Source of the DNA: the human T2T-CHM13v2.0 reference genome, Homo sapiens
Reading direction: 5' to 3' (one strand)
NCBI RefSeq assembly: GCF_009914755.1
Contig: NC_060929.1
Length of the DNA: 64,000 nt
The notes beneath the pieces were generated by a model that was given only the letters and a program-made list of their open reading frames with translations, had not been told where the DNA came from and ran no database searches. Positions 14,620 to 32,980 of this stretch are shown here, piece by piece. Every line of letters starts with the position of its first letter. Within the stretch, counting starts at the first letter, position 1. A program made the position numbers and the translations under genes.

Positions 14620-15140
14620 TAAATATTAATTATGCAAAGTGAAAAACAAATCATTTAGGAGATAGGAGGATATCCAGATTGAAGGCAGAATGTGACAAAA
14701 AATCGATTGCAAAGGTATAAAACAACCTTACTAGTGGGATGGGGAAAAGGGATAGGCTAATTGACCTTGGAAATTAGTGGAGTCTGTAAGACTAAAGGCA
14801 AAAGAAACTACACATAAGGACTCTACATTTGCTTGTAAAGTTCTCATGGTAATATGAGTTAACAATTCCGATACTACTATTATGTGTATACTGGAAATGG
14901 ACAAGTAAGTAAATAGATGGCAGATAGTAGGAGCCAGGTTCTCACTGTTGGAGTGGGAGTTTACAGATAAGCAAGAGAAGAAGGTTCAAATAATCTATGT
15001 GGCAATAAATTAGAATTGGAGATAGCAACATGAACTGATGTTCTATTTAATGGGGATGCGACTGACTATATATATAGAAATATTTATAAATCCACAGTTT
15101 AGTATACACGCATATATTTCCTTGCTCTGTCAGCTAGGAG
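14620..15140 (+). mobile_element. L1MC/L1MD-type 3' region
   Basis: ggagtctgtaagactaaaggcaaaagaaac...tcactgttggagtgggagtttacagataagcaag...tatttccttgctctgtcagct. Confidence 0.7.
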
Positions 15141-16859
15141 GATTTGTTTTAGATGTAAGCACATTTGTTCCAAACCCAAATACATAATGAAAACATTTTT
15201 ATTCCACATAACATCTCTGTTGATATGTGCAAAATGTGCATTTGCCATATTGCACAAATAATTAATCAATTATAATCTTTTCTGTGTCACAATATTAGAA
15301 TCTCTTTTGTGTTGATGAGAAAAAGATAAATTTTGAAGTGGCATTGAGAATATAAACAGAAGTAGAATGCTAACCAAGAAATATGTTTTAATCGTATGAT
15401 ACTTTCAGTCTACCATAGATACTATTTTCTTTGAAAACATTTTATGTGTGTTTATACACACATGTGTAACTAAATTCTGATCTTTTCTGTGTGACCATTT
15501 ATAAATACTCAGTGCCTACTAGAGTAGAAACTGCAAACATAAAAGTTTAGGGAAAAATAAATATACGGGTAAATACATAAATAAATGCATGCACTAAAGG
15601 TCAGGAAATCTATTTGCATGCTTGAAATGAAGTTCCTGCTGATTTCCAATTTAATTCTATTATTATCTCAGTTTAGTATCTTCATTCACCTTCCATAGTA
15701 TGTATGTATGCATATGTATATTATATACATGTAAGATAGATACAGGTTTAGATGTACATATAGTGTTATTTACAAAGTCCTAAAGAACCTTGAAAATAAT
15801 TTTAAGTGGTTGCCAATTATAATTACAAAACCAAAAAGTATTCTACTCAACTCTTACAAATCAACTGGCCAATTTTATGAAAAATACTTGGCCATTTTAT
15901 TTTCCTTGTTCAAGTTATTATTCGGTCATTTTCTTCATGTTAACATTTCCACTAGGGGGTGCAAAAGCGAACAACGTTTAGATTTTTCTCATCTTTTGTA
16001 CCAAGAACTAATGAAGAAAATTTGAAGCTATAAGTTAAAATTATTTTTATATTTCTAAAAATTATAACATTTAATTAGTTTATTTATAGCGTGAAAATAG
16101 TTTTATTTAGCTATTAAGAGTTTGGGAAGGCAGTGCTATATAACAAACGGTTTCAAGATGGTGCCTTGGCAGGCAAAGCTGGATTTAAATTTGGCTTCGA
16201 TATTCACGATTGGGTATTATGTTGGGCAAGTGGCTTTGGCCTTGCAAAGCCTGTTTCCTTATCTCTAACATGTTTTCCGGCACTGATCACACATTCAGAT
16301 TCTGTTCTTCAGCGTGCAAGATACTATTTTCCATTCCAAGATAATATTTACACAGACTTAAATTTTTAGTTTATAAAGTTAAGACTGAACGAGACAATTT
16401 TTTGTGTGTTTATGTCAGCCTATATCACATGATGGCACATAAACAGAAGCTGATGTTGTCGCTGTTTTCTCCCACATTTTTCCTCTTCTTCCTCCTTCTT
16501 TTCTACCTCTTTCTTCTTCTCCTTCTTTATAGTGATGTTATTATTTCCAGTGGATATGCCCTTCATTGAAATAGCTTTAGGGAGAATGATTATTATAGCC
16601 AACATATCAATAAAATGTGTGAATCCAGCTGCAAAGCAAAAACGCAGGAAAGGTGTATAATGTATAAGGTATACTAGAGACAGCAGTAGCATATTAGTGT
16701 TAGCCAGACCTGTGCCTGAAATTCAAATGCAAACAAGGTTGGGTCACATGTCCCAGCCTGTTCAGGTAGAAACTGAGGAGTATGGCAAGCTAAATGTGGG
16801 GCCAAATCATAACATTAAATTTATCCATTGCTCATAACTAGATTGTACTTAAAAATACG

Positions 16860-17097
16860 AGGCATTTAAGACTGAGCAACATGACAAAACACCACCTGCA
16901 CTAAAAATACAAAAAAAAAAAAAAAATTAACCAAGCATGGCAGTGCACACTTGTACTTTCAGCTACTCAGAAGGCTAAGGTGGAAGAATCACATGAGCCC
17001 AGGAAGTCAAGGTTACAGTGGGCTGTACCCATGATCATGCCACTGCACTCCAGCCTGGGTGATGGGAGGGAGACGCTGTCTCAACAACCAAAAAAAA
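16860..17097 (+). mobile_element. 5'-truncated AluJ
   Basis: Alu middle A-linker and right arm with tgagcccagga J-type motif. Confidence 0.9.
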
Positions 17098-17467
17098 TGT
17101 TTAAACGATCTTACTATATTTGTTACAATCGCCTTTTTCTCTCTGACTTCAAGTTATGAATCTGTCTTTTATCTCTACTCTAGCAATATAAATAAAATAC
17201 TCTTTAGACATAAACTCAGAAGAACACCAGAAATGTCCACCTACAATCACTTTTCTCATAGGAAAAAGTGGTGGATTAGGTACCAGGGGCTAGGAAGAAG
17301 CCTTGGTCAAGTGTACACTAGGAAATCATTGCATTACATGTGGTACCTCTGAACTCCCAACTATTTGGTAGGTTCCTTCTGAGGCACCAGTCATAAATCT
17401 CAGATGCTTTTCTGCACCATCCAGGATGTTATTTTCAATTTTCAACAGACCTGTACTTTTAGCCTAT

Positions 17468-17792
17468 TGTTATTGGTGGAGGGTGTCCAGGTTCTTGGCG
17501 TCGGACAAAACACACAAACAAAGCAAAGAAAGAATGAAGCAACAAAGGCAGAGCTTTACTGAAAACGAAAGTACACTCCACAGGGTGGCAGCGGGCCCAA
17601 GCATAGGGGCCGAAGACCCCAGTTACAGAATTTTCTGGGGTTTGAGTACCCTCTAGAAGTTTCCCTGTGTTACTTGGTGCATGCCCTATTTAAATGAAGA
17701 GGATATTTCCTGTCATAGCTGAGGTGTTTCTTTCTGATTTAGTCTTAGGAGGTCCTTGGATTCCCTCCCTCCAGGCCCTATGGCCTGCCTCA
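17468..17792 (-). mobile_element. MER51-like ERV1 solo LTR
   Basis: TG...CA termini; gaatgaagcaacaaaggcagag...gaaaacgaaagtacactccacag; ends cctgcctca (revcomp TGAGGCAGG). Confidence 0.75.
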
Positions 17793-18603
17793 CTGATTCA
17801 TACCCATTCAGATCAAATTCTTATATTTCACTATTTAGAACTATACTCTTTCAAACATGTTCAGTGGCTGAAACCATTAAAGATTTGCTGAAGGATCAGA
17901 TCCAAGCCCTGTGAAAACATATTAAACATTAATTATTAATCTTTAGCTTTTCCTCCTGAATCATGTTTTCTTTTTTTCACATCACAAATGGGCTGGGGTC
18001 CAGCATAAAGCAGATATGGTTTCTAATGGTCCTATGAAATTTGTATGATGTTCACTGGACTTTATGCTTATTTTTTTTAAATTTTGTATGTGTAAATGTC
18101 ACATCTCATATCCAGAAGGACCCACCCATCCTGAGCAATTAATGCAGCTCATTGTTAGGAAGAACAGTTGACAATATGCTAAACCTCCAACTGGTTATTC
18201 TCAGTAACTGGAAACTTTGAATGCAACAGTGGTTCTAAATTATTTGTCTTAGTGGCCATTTATGGGCTAATACTAGAATTCCCAGCACCCCATGAATTAT
18301 TCTTTTATGCCTATGACAAACCAAACTTTGTATAACGTGAAGAAAACTGCTATGGAGCAGGGGGAAGCCTGCCATTCCTCAATATTAAGAAATCAATATA
18401 TCTCCTCTCCAGTGGTACAGTGTCATTTAGATAGGACTCTCAATACATAGCTACAATAAGGCATTATATCTATTTTGTGTAATATTTGATATATGATTAG
18501 GAGCAAGATAGATCCATGTATACTTACGCTTATCTCAACAAAAGATATTTAGTTGCCCTTTTGCTTCTGCTCAGAGTACAAAGCCAACTCCTTAACTCCT
18601 TAC

Positions 18604-18789
18604 CAATGTATCAGTCATTAGTGGTGTTGAAACAAAATTCTCCCATTTTATATCACATATATTCGTGGTAGGTTTTCCAAAGTGTAAAAAGAGCACAACC
18701 TCTATATGTGGATTTTTAAAGCATTACAATGCTTTCAGTAACATTTAAGTATTTCCTTCTGTGGATCATAATTATTTAAACAGTGTTGT
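18604..18789 (-). pseudogene. Exon-like remnant (186 nt, phase 0-0)
   Basis: Strong acceptor tttctttatctttcatttccacag| and donor TTG|gtaagg; TTLFK*L*STEGNT*MLLKAL*CFKNPHIEVVLFLHFGKPTTNICDIKWENFVSTPLMTDTL (4 stops). Confidence 0.45.
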
Positions 18790-18954
18790 CTGTGGAAATG
18801 AAAGATAAAGAAAGGCACAAAAATGTAATATGTAAACATCTGGACACCAACCTGCATGTTCAGACTAAAGCAAGTTTATTATTTTTTGTAATAGTACTTG
18901 GCCCTTTAAAGTTTATACAAATGTCACTACCTTTTGTGGAAGTCACAAGAATGT

Positions 18955-19012
18955 GAATAAATTAGAACAATTTAGAATTAGAACAATTAGAATAAATTAG
19001 AACAAATTAGAA
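18955..19012. repeat. Short imperfect tandem repeat of (AATTAGAA(C/T)A)
   Basis: gaataaattagaacaatttagaattagaacaattagaataaattagaacaaattagaa. Confidence 0.8.
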
Positions 19013-22000
19013 GGTATAATGATGTATTCCAGCCAAAGTTACATATAGTTATAGAGACTTTTTTTTGTAAACTATTGAAATCATACAGAATATTGTAGTG
19101 TTTAGTTAGACTATACTTTACAAAATGCTTGACACTCCTGAATAGCAAGGATAATAGCTTAACTAATGATCCTTTAAATGGGTATGTAAAATATAATTTA
19201 AGCTACTTGCAACATGCAAAAGAGAGGCATCATTTGTTACTGCCAAAAATCACTGGCATGTGGAAATCAGAAAATCATTAGCGTTGATAGAAATAGCTTA
19301 ATACAACAGGGAAGAGAACACATTATTTAGAGCAGTTAAATGACAATTGATGCAACCACTGGTGAAACGCAGAAAAAAAGTGGATATGATTTAGTGAATG
19401 ATAAATTCTGCACTTAGTATTTATGCATGCAAAGGAATGGAAATCTTTGCTCATTAACCAAGGCACTTAGTTTGTGAGCCAAAATGCTTCAGGCTGTAGC
19501 CCTAATTGTCATAAATGTTTATCTCTCTGCAAGTTTAATTTAGGCTTAAGAAAAAATGTTATCCTGAGTGATGAATATTCTACATTTTTTTCATCTTTTT
19601 CATCAGCCTAAGCCAGTTTGCTCAAATCCCTGTTTATATCCTTTCTCCTCCATGCAATCTCCGTGATGCCTCTAGCTACCATTAATCTCTCTCTTTTTTC
19701 CCCATTATTCCCCCACTCTTTTTTACATCTATTATAGCAGTGTGCCTAATGGTATATTTACAGGCATACCCCATTTAGCACTGTCTTCTAGAGCACCAAT
19801 TATTCATAGCTGTTTAGTAGAGTGTCATACTGTGCTGTCCTCAGTTTGAATGGCACTTGCCAATCTGTTTTGTTTATACTCTTGAATTTCCTTGCCATTA
19901 ACATACTATTTTCCAGCTGACAATATCTTTGATTCTCAGCAAATACATTGAAAGTTTCTCAAAGTATGAACAAACATGGATCATTGTAAGGCTGTTAGAA
20001 CAGCATGCAGCATTGCGTGTGAGAACCTTAGGTGACGGTGGACCATTTGAACACATGTAGAATAAGAAGTCAGTTAATCATCCCATGCTTGTATGTTAAT
20101 TTAGTTTGAAATCACTGTGCCGGGAACACATCTCTATAGGGGATGTCATGACTTTTCATTTATTTATTGTTGATATTTATGCATCTATCTCCCTTCATTA
20201 CAAAGGAGAATGAATGGAGTCTGCCTATGTATGTACCTGTGTACCATTTAACACTGAAAGTCCTCTCAAAACCGAAATTAAAACTGGGTGGTAAAAATCT
20301 TAACTACATAGAGGCAAAGTAAGCAACATCAATATGTGAAGAGGATAAAATTTAGCATTATAAACACAGCACCACATTAAATATTACCAACTGGAGTGCC
20401 TACCTGCCCAAAGCAAGCAATAGCTGTTGAGCTATGACTATTTCCATGAAGTAATGTAAATATAATTTTCTCATGCCTTCAAATTTTTCAAGAGCACCTA
20501 AAATATGATTTTCATATCTTTTAAGTGTTGGCCATACTTTAAGTTATGGTTATTTTCAATATCGTACAGTTCAAATAAAATACTTCTGTGGATGAGATCC
20601 AGCGCATGGGTTACCTGTTTATGGCCCCTGCCATAACTTTTCTTCTTCTTGTCCTCCCTTTCTGCATTCTTTCCTTTTACTTTTTTTCCATCCATCCTTT
20701 TATTCAGGTGTGTGTATGTGTTCACAGGTATGTGCATGCAGTGAATATAAATTAGTGATATGCAATCAAGTATAAAATCAGATATTAAAAATACAAAAAA
20801 ATAAAAAATGAATAAAAAATAGTAAAAATGTAGATGTTGTCAGGAGTTTTGAACAATGTCTAGGTGTGACTGTAGATTCAGCTGAATCAGAAAGACAAAT
20901 ACAACCAGTTACAACATTTATAATTTCCCCCTTTTCCCAATAAGCGACAAGAACTTATTGATTTCAGAGAATAATCATGTATTTTTCTAGTACTAAATTC
21001 TAAGATAAAATAAATATGCTTGGTAATATCACAATATCCTCACAAACATCTCCACAATAAATATGAGATTTTTAGAATTAATTTTATTGTGTTCCTCTAT
21101 GCAAGACAAGTCATATTAAATACCAAACTTAATTTTTACCATGCTTTCAACAAGGTGACAAAACATTAAAATCAGGTACAGATCTTATAACTGCAGTTGA
21201 TTGTCAGAGAAGTGGACAGAGTATATACAACTTAAAGATATCTTACTAATTATTGAATGCCTACAGCCCTTAACAAAGCTTTTTGTATGTAGAAGGTGCT
21301 ATATGAAAGTGTAAGGTAAAGAATTAAGTACATATTTGATTGGAGTTTATAAAAAGAAGCGCCTCAAAATACAAAACACTGTATTTAAGAAACAAGCATT
21401 TACCCTGTACTGGTCACAGTGCAATTAAAATTAACTTTTAAAAATGTTTCAATATCTCCTAGAACTTTCACTTGCACCATTAGAAATACAGGTCCACCAC
21501 ATATGCCAACAATTATCAGTTGTAAAATTTAAAAATAATATTAAGTAGCAGAATGCCTCAGATGATTTTTGTCAGCATTTCTTTTAGGCAAGGATCTACT
21601 CTAGCATCATTTTATTTTATATTTTTGGGGGACAAATCAACTCAAACTCAGATCTCTGGTACATATTCCCAACCCCAGCACCTGTTGAAGGATGGTCACA
21701 GTTGCCTGTGTAAATTACACACCCTCACCTTAACTGCCCCAAATAATTGACACTAAGGAAGATACTTAGCCCAGGGAGAAAATAGCCCATTCGCTGACCA
21801 GCTGGCCAATGATACATTGGATTTTTCCCTCTCAAATACATAAACTAATAAATCAGAAGAATGTTTATGCACGAAACTCCCATTTTCAAGCATATAATGC
21901 TGATAGGTAAACAAGGGAAGCTAAACTTCAGAAAGAAGAAAGAAAATGGAGCAAATAGTATCAAGAAAGAAGAGTGAGGGAATAAGGTGCTTTTGAAAAA

Positions 22001-22165
22001 TGAGGGATGAGACATGAGAAATTACTTAATTACTACAATGTGTACTATTCGGGTGATGGCTACTCTGAAACCCCATACTTCCCCACTGTGCAATATACAC
22101 TATGCATATAACAAAACTGCATTTTTACCCCCAAAATCTATTTTTAAAAATAAGAAAAAAAGAAA
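22001..22165 (+). mobile_element. L1MA 3' end fragment
   Basis: tacaatgtgtactattcgggtgatggctac...aacaaaactgcatttttacccc plus A-rich tail. Confidence 0.8.
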
Positions 22166-22455
22166 GGTGGAGAAAAATGGTTTTTGCAGCTCAACCCAAC
22201 AGCCTTTACTAGAAAATTGTCTGGAAAGATTTCCTCTGACCCCCACCTACCCAACAAATACACACTGAATGGCACAATTGCTTAGGAAAGCTTGAGTGAC
22301 TAGCACTTTCTTGTTATTAATTAAATAATCATGACTGAAATGAACTTGATGAATCTATTTTTTTATAACTGAAATAATACTACGGTAAAAATAGATGTGT
22401 TTGTGTATATGTGTCATGCGTTTTTCAGAACAATTGTTATGAGTAATGTCTAATT

Positions 22456-22649
22456 CAGGGGTATCCAATCTTTTGGCTTCCCTGTGCCACAGTGGAAGAA
22501 GAATTGTCTTGGGCCACAAATAAAATACACTAACACTAACAATAGCTGATAAGCTTAAAAAAAAAGATCTGGGCATAAGTCTCATAATGTTTTAAGAAAG
22601 TTTGTGAATTTGTGTTGGGCTGCATTCAAAACCATCCTGGGCTTGCTTG
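22456..22649 (+). mobile_element. MER30 (hAT-Charlie) DNA transposon
   Basis: caggggtatccaatcttttggcttccctg...gcttg; 8-bp TSD gtctaatt / gtttaatt. Confidence 0.9.
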
Positions 22650-22679
22650 GTTTAATTGTTAAAGGTACAATTTGTTATT

Positions 22680-23632
22680 CATTTTTCGTGTTCAAAAAAA
22701 GCTGATTTTGGAGATGATAGAATTCTGCCAAGGTCAGAGGAGGCCTGTATTTGTACTTGGCTTGCTGAATTCGGACCTATTCTTTCTGAATGTGGCAGCT
22801 CTTCCTTGTAATTTGTTTCAAGATTGTAACTGTTTTCTAAGGTCTTCATTTTTGTAGTACCCATCTTCATCTTCAGAAAGTTGAGCAAGGCAGCAATGTC
22901 TTTGCTCAACCAACTTTTATGACTATTTTCCCACTCAACTTATTTTAGTGTAATTCTCTCTCAGTTGGAATTCATTCTTATGACATTTATCTTTCCATTG
23001 TTTTTGCAATTCAACAACAGCCTACTTCGTAATAAACCTGTAATTTTACTTAAAAAACTGTAGAGGATTTTTAATTGCCTGGTTTAGAAAGAAGTAAAAT
23101 GTTCCTTTTAATTTAACAAAGAAAATGTCTGAAACCAGATGTATTTTTGAGTGTTTATTGATTATTCGCATTCTTTCTTTATCTTTGAAATTCAAATATT
23201 TTCTGAAGAGGTAATCTATATGATGGTCTCTCTATATCAATTTTGGCTAGGGAAAATTCTTTTGACTTATGAGCTCAAATATGTCTTCAGCTGTACAAAG
23301 TATTATTCCATCAATATATTTTTTTCAATTCGAAGAAAACAGTATTTTTGCTTTGAATATTTTGAGATTATAAAATTAGAATTTGCTTTGTGTTTGGCTC
23401 AACAATCTTGCCACTCTTCAGGCAACAGCAAATTGCAACATAGTAGTCATTATCTGTGCAGTTATGAACTACCCACCCATGGAAGAAATCTCATGACAAA
23501 TGTCTTTTCTTTGGATAAAATATTTGGCAGCTAGATCAACAGCGTAGTTAAATTTTAGTGGATATTTGGTTTTTTAAAAATGTTATTTCCAATATGTCGC
23601 TACATCATTAGATTTTAAACAATGTTGTACCT
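22680..23632 (-). pseudogene. Large decayed exon(s), helical/spectrin-like
   Basis: Acceptor ctttttatttcag| at 23633; possible donor gtgggt giving a 156-nt exon (23477-23632: VQHCLKSNDVATYWK*HF*KTKYPLKFNYAVDLAAKYFIQRKDICHEISSM); downstream AVVELQKQWKDKCHKNEFQLRENY...KLVEQRHCCLAQLSEDEDGYYKNEDLRKQLQS with scattered stops. Confidence 0.4.
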
Positions 23633-23720
23633 CTGAAATAAAAAGTTATTCTGTGTCCAGGAGATTATCTCTCACGTGCCAAGCAATGCTATTAAAAGTA
23701 TTATTGATTACCAAATTTAA

Positions 23721-23944
23721 CATAGGTTGGTGGGAAAGTTCTATAAGGGATAGATAGCAAATATTTTCGGCCTCCAGTCCATATCTTTTCTGTAGCAACT
23801 ACTTTACCCTGTCCTTATAGGAGAGAGTAGCAGCAAAGAATGATATGCACATGAATGGGTGTGGCTGTGTTCCAATAAAATTTTATTTTACAAAACCAGG
23901 TGGCAAGCCAGATATGACTCTCCAGGCATAATTACCAACCCCCG
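23721..23944 (+). mobile_element. MER58A (hAT-Charlie)
   Basis: gatagcaaatattttcggc...atgaatgggtgtggctgtgttccaataaaattttattttacaaaaccaggtggc. Confidence 0.85.
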
Positions 23945-23949
23945 GAATG

Positions 23950-24097
23950 TATCTTAAGATCTCCAGAACCTGGAGAAGGTATTGTGACCAATGTGTTTAT
24001 AAAGAACTCTCACTCAGGCATTGAATATCCTGCTGAATATTCCAGCTGAATAGTTTCCCGGTGTATTTCAAATAAGGATATTCGTTTTCAGTGCATC
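23950..24097 (-). pseudogene. Exon-like remnant, spectrin helix B/C-like
   Basis: AG at 24098-24099; CTENEYPYLKYTGKLFSWNIQQDIQCLSESSL*THWSQYLLQVLEILR (1 stop); donor not clear. Confidence 0.4.
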
Positions 24098-24495
24098 CTA
24101 ATTCAATTATATAATTAATTATTAATTTTTTTTAGTGGATTCATTTATCTGTTTTGCTAAGTATCTGTGTCTCAGTGTTATTGTTTTATATTAGCCATGA
24201 ATGGAGATAAATCTAAATATTTTTCAAAAAACAGGACATATAAATTATCTTCAATTTTCCCATTAGCCACTTTTCAGATGCTAGAATTATGAATATGCTA
24301 ATATATTGGTTGGTATAGAAAGCCCTATATAACTTTCTAGTGTTTTCTTGTCTTTATTTATCATCCGTCTTTTTACCTATGGAGGCAATTCATTGTCCCA
24401 CTAATCAGTCATTTTACAATAAGTAGTTTATTTTATTCTTACAAAGTTTGAAATATTTCTTTTACTTTCCAAAAATAGTAATTGAAAAATTTCAC

Positions 24496-24614
24496 TTTTT
24501 GAAATCTGGTGACTTCATATTCTTGGATGTAAATCAACCAGCCGTAACAATTTTTGTCCCTGACAACATTGAATTGATGTAAATTATATTCACCAAGTAG
24601 ATGTCAGCAAAGCA
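24496..24614 (-). pseudogene. Exon-like remnant, spectrin helix A-like
   Basis: Very strong acceptor tttttatcttgtttctttaacag|; LC*HLLGEYNLHQFNVVRDKNCYGWLIYIQEYEVTRFQK; weak donor gtgaaa. Confidence 0.5.
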
Positions 24615-25416
24615 CTGTTAAAGAAACAAGATAAAAATGAGGACTATCAAACAGTTCTTTCTCCTGTCTCATGGGATAGATAGTAATTTTCTTTCCTCTA
24701 GTTGATGAACACCAACATTTTCCAAGTAGTTCCACAATCAAAGTGGGCAAATATCATTCTCATATGGCCTTCTTCACCTTTTATTTCTGCCACCCTTTTA
24801 TTCTCATGTATGGCATTTTCTTTGTTGTGAGCAAAATTGAAATTTGATGTTTTATTTTGTGATTCTAGGAATGATATATGGGAATATGGTGGAATGTGGA
24901 TGGATGTGTGTTACCATAATCCACACTCTCAGAGTTTCTGTTTTCTAGTGGAAAAAAAATGCAAATTATTGATATAATTATATTTTATAAATTATCTCCT
25001 GATAAATAAAACATCATTAATAATTGAGAGTTAAACACTCTTCAATTAGTTGTATAATCTGTGATAAATTAACACTTTTAAATATATTCAGGCATGTTGC
25101 ACCTAATATAATTTTAAAGAAAATTTAAACGTCATTGTTGATATTTTCAGCTCCCTTGCTACAATTGATGAAATTTATGTACATTTAAAACATTGTTAAC
25201 AGTGTTATGTCATTGCTCTACAAAAACAGGAAGCAGAGGTTAAATAAGTCCTACTCCCAGTTATATTTCTATCTTATATAAACATTAATTAAAATAAAAT
25301 TAATTATTAAAAGGGATGCATATTTAATTACTTAATTTATTATTTTTAAATTTTTTAAACTTTTATTTAAGATTCAGAGGGTACAGGTGCAAGTTTGATA
25401 CCTCTGTATGTCATAG

Positions 25417-25888
25417 TGTTGCAGGATTTTTGCTCCTTATCTCAGCTAGGTCCAGGTTATTGCCTCAAGACCGGGAAGAATTAGGCACATGGACACCAAA
25501 GAGTGAATGGAGTAGAATTTATTAAGCGAAAGGAAAGCTCTCAGCAAAGGGAGAGGTCCTGAAAGCAGGTTTCCAGTTGTCCCCTTCACAGTTGAATACC
25601 AGGGCTAGGGCTTAAGGTGTGAGTGAATTCCTGGCAGCTCCACCCCATCCTTCCAGTGCACATGTGAGCCCTTAGACTGAGCCACTCCATATTGATTTAT
25701 TTCTCTAACTGTGTATGTATGTGTTAAGGAACAGAATTTTCCACTGAGGGCATGTTTAAACAAGCCCCCTGTGCAAGTTCCCTTATCTGCACAAAACATC
25801 TGGTGTAAACACTTGTGGGGCAGGTCGGAGGTTCCTTGAGGACCCTTCTCTTACTTTCTGTCTAAAGGAAGCTGGCTAACTCCTTTCC
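25417..25888 (-). mobile_element. ERV1 (MER4-group; LTR27/28-like) 3' LTR
   Basis: Starts tgttgcagga; direct-repeat partner at 32981-33408; adjacent cttcccccattc is a polypurine tract on the minus strand; subfamily uncertain. Confidence 0.8.
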
Positions 25889-30692
<4,804 letters not shown>

Positions 30693-32974
30693 TGATGTGG
30701 TTTGGTTATGTCCCCACCCAAATCTCATCTTGAATTCCCACGTGTTGTTGGAAGGATCTGATGGGAGGTAAATGAATTATGGGGGCAGGTATTTCCTGTG
30801 CTGTTCTCATGATAGCGAATAAGTATTACGGTATCTGATGGTTTTAAGAATGGGAGTCTCCCTGCACAAGCGCTCTCTCCCTTTGCCTGCTGTCACCAAT
30901 GTAAGATGTGATTTGCTCTTCCTTGCCTTTCACCATGATTGTGAGGCCTCCTCAGCCATGTGGAACTAAGTCCATTAAACCTCTTTATTTTACAGATTGT
31001 GTAGTCTCGGGCATGTCTTTATCAGCAGTATGAAAATGAACTAATACAGTAAATTGTTACCACAAGTGGGGTGCTGCTGAAAAGATACCCAAAAATGTAG
31101 AACCAGCTTTAGAACTGGGTAACAGGAAGAGGTTGAAACAGTTTGGAGGATTCAGAAGACAGGAAACTGTGGGAAAGTTTGGAACTCGCTTGAGACTTGT
31201 TGAATGACTTTGGCCAAAATGCTGATAATGATATGAACAATGAAATCCAGGCAGAGGTGGTCTCAGATGGAGATGAGGTATTTGTTGGGAACTGCAGCAA
31301 AGCTGACCTTTGTTATGTTTTAGCAAAGAGACTGGGAGCATTGTGCCCCTGCCCTAGAGATTTGTGGAACTTTGAACTCAAGAGGGATGATTTAGGGTAT
31401 CTGGGAGAAGAAATTTCTAAGTAGCAAAGCATTCAAGAGGTGACTTGGGTGCTGTTAAAGGCATTCACTTTTAAAAGGGAAACAGCATAAAAGTTAGGAA
31501 ATTTGCAGCCTGACTATATGATAGAAACCCATTTTCTGAGGAGAAATTCAAGCCAGCCCCAGAAATTTGCACAAGTAACAAAGAACCAAATGTTAATCAC
31601 AAAGACAAAGGGGAAAATGTCTCCAGGGCGTGTCAGAGAACTTTGTGGCGCCCCTCGCATCACAGACCTGGAGATTTATAAGGTAAAAATGGTTTTATGG
31701 GCCAGGCCCAAAATCCCCATATTTTGTGCAGCTTAGGGACTTTGTGCCCAATGTCCCAGCTGCACCAGCTAGGGCTGAAAGGGGCCAACGTAGAGCTCAG
31801 GCCATGGCTTTACAGGGTGCAAGCCCCAAGTCTTGGCAGCTTCCACGTGGTGTTGAGTCTGCAAGTGTACAGAAGTCAAAAGAATTGGAGTTTGTGAACC
31901 TCCTCCTAGATTTCCTAGGATGTATGGAAATGGCTGGATGCCCAGGCAGATGTTTGCTGCAGGGGTGGGACTCTCATGGAGAACCTCTGCTAGGGCAGTG
32001 CAGAAGAGAAATGTGGGGTTGGAGCCCCCACACAGAGTCCCTACTGGGGCACTGCCTAGTGGAGCTGTGAGAAGAGGGCCACCATCCTCCAGATCCCAGA
32101 ATGTTAGATCTACTGACAGCTTTCATCATGTGCCTGTAAAAGCCACAGACACGCAGTGCCAGCCTGTGAAAGCAGCCAGGATGGGGGCTATACCCTGCAA
32201 AGCCACAGGGGCGGGGCTGCCCAAAGTCGTGGGAGCCTGCCTCTTTCATCAACATGATCTGGACGTGAGAAGTGGAGTCAAAGGAGATCATTTTGGAGCT
32301 TTAAGATTTGAATGCCCCACTGAATTTTGGACTTGCATGGGGCCTGTAGCCCCTTTGTTTTGGCCAGTTTCTCCCATTTGGAATGCCTGTATTTACCCCC
32401 TTGCCTGTATCTCCATTGTATTTAGGAAGTAACTAGCTTGCTTTTGATTTTGCAGGCTCACAGGCAGAAGGGACTTATCTTGTCTCGGATGAGACTTTGA
32501 ACTGTGGGCTCTTGAGTTAATGTTGAAATGAGTTAAGACTTTGGGGGACTGTTGGGAAGGCATGACTGGTTTTGAAATGTGAGAACAATAGATTTGGGAG
32601 GGGCCAGGGCGGAATGATATGGTTTGGCTATGTCTCCACCCAAATTTCATCTTGAATTCCAACATTCAAGATGGGAGGGACCCAGTGGGAGGTAATTGAA
32701 TCAAGAGGGTATGTCTTTCCTGTGCTTTTCTTGTGATAGTGAATAAGTCTCATGAGAGCTGACGGTTTTAAAAACAGGAGTCTCCCTGCACAAACTCTCT
32801 CTCTCTCTCTTTTTCTGCTGTCATCCATGTAAGATGTGATGTGCTCTTCCTTGCCTTCCACCATGATTATGAGGCATCCCCAGCCATGTGGAAATATAAG
32901 TCCATTAAACCCTTTTCCTTTGTAAATTGCCCAGTCTTGGCTATATATGAGCAGCATGAAAACAGACTAATATA
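30693..32974 (+). mobile_element. Full THE1 (A/B-type) MaLR: LTR 30693-31048, internal 31049-32614, LTR 32615-32974
   Basis: Two THE1 LTRs (tgatatggtttggct..gtccccacccaaat...gactaataca) flanking ~1.57 kb THE1-int starting gtaaattg and ending in a purine tract. Confidence 0.95.
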
Positions 32975-32980
32975 GTAAAT

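Noticed and set aside
20498-20737. 79-aa minus-strand ORF with ...VTHALDLIHRSILFELYDIE...
   Set aside because: Half is low-complexity purine sequence and there is no credible polypyrimidine acceptor
31920-32432. 170-aa ORF and neighbours in 31057-32957
   Set aside because: Remnants of the THE1 internal ORF and LTR; fragmented and typical of any THE1 copy
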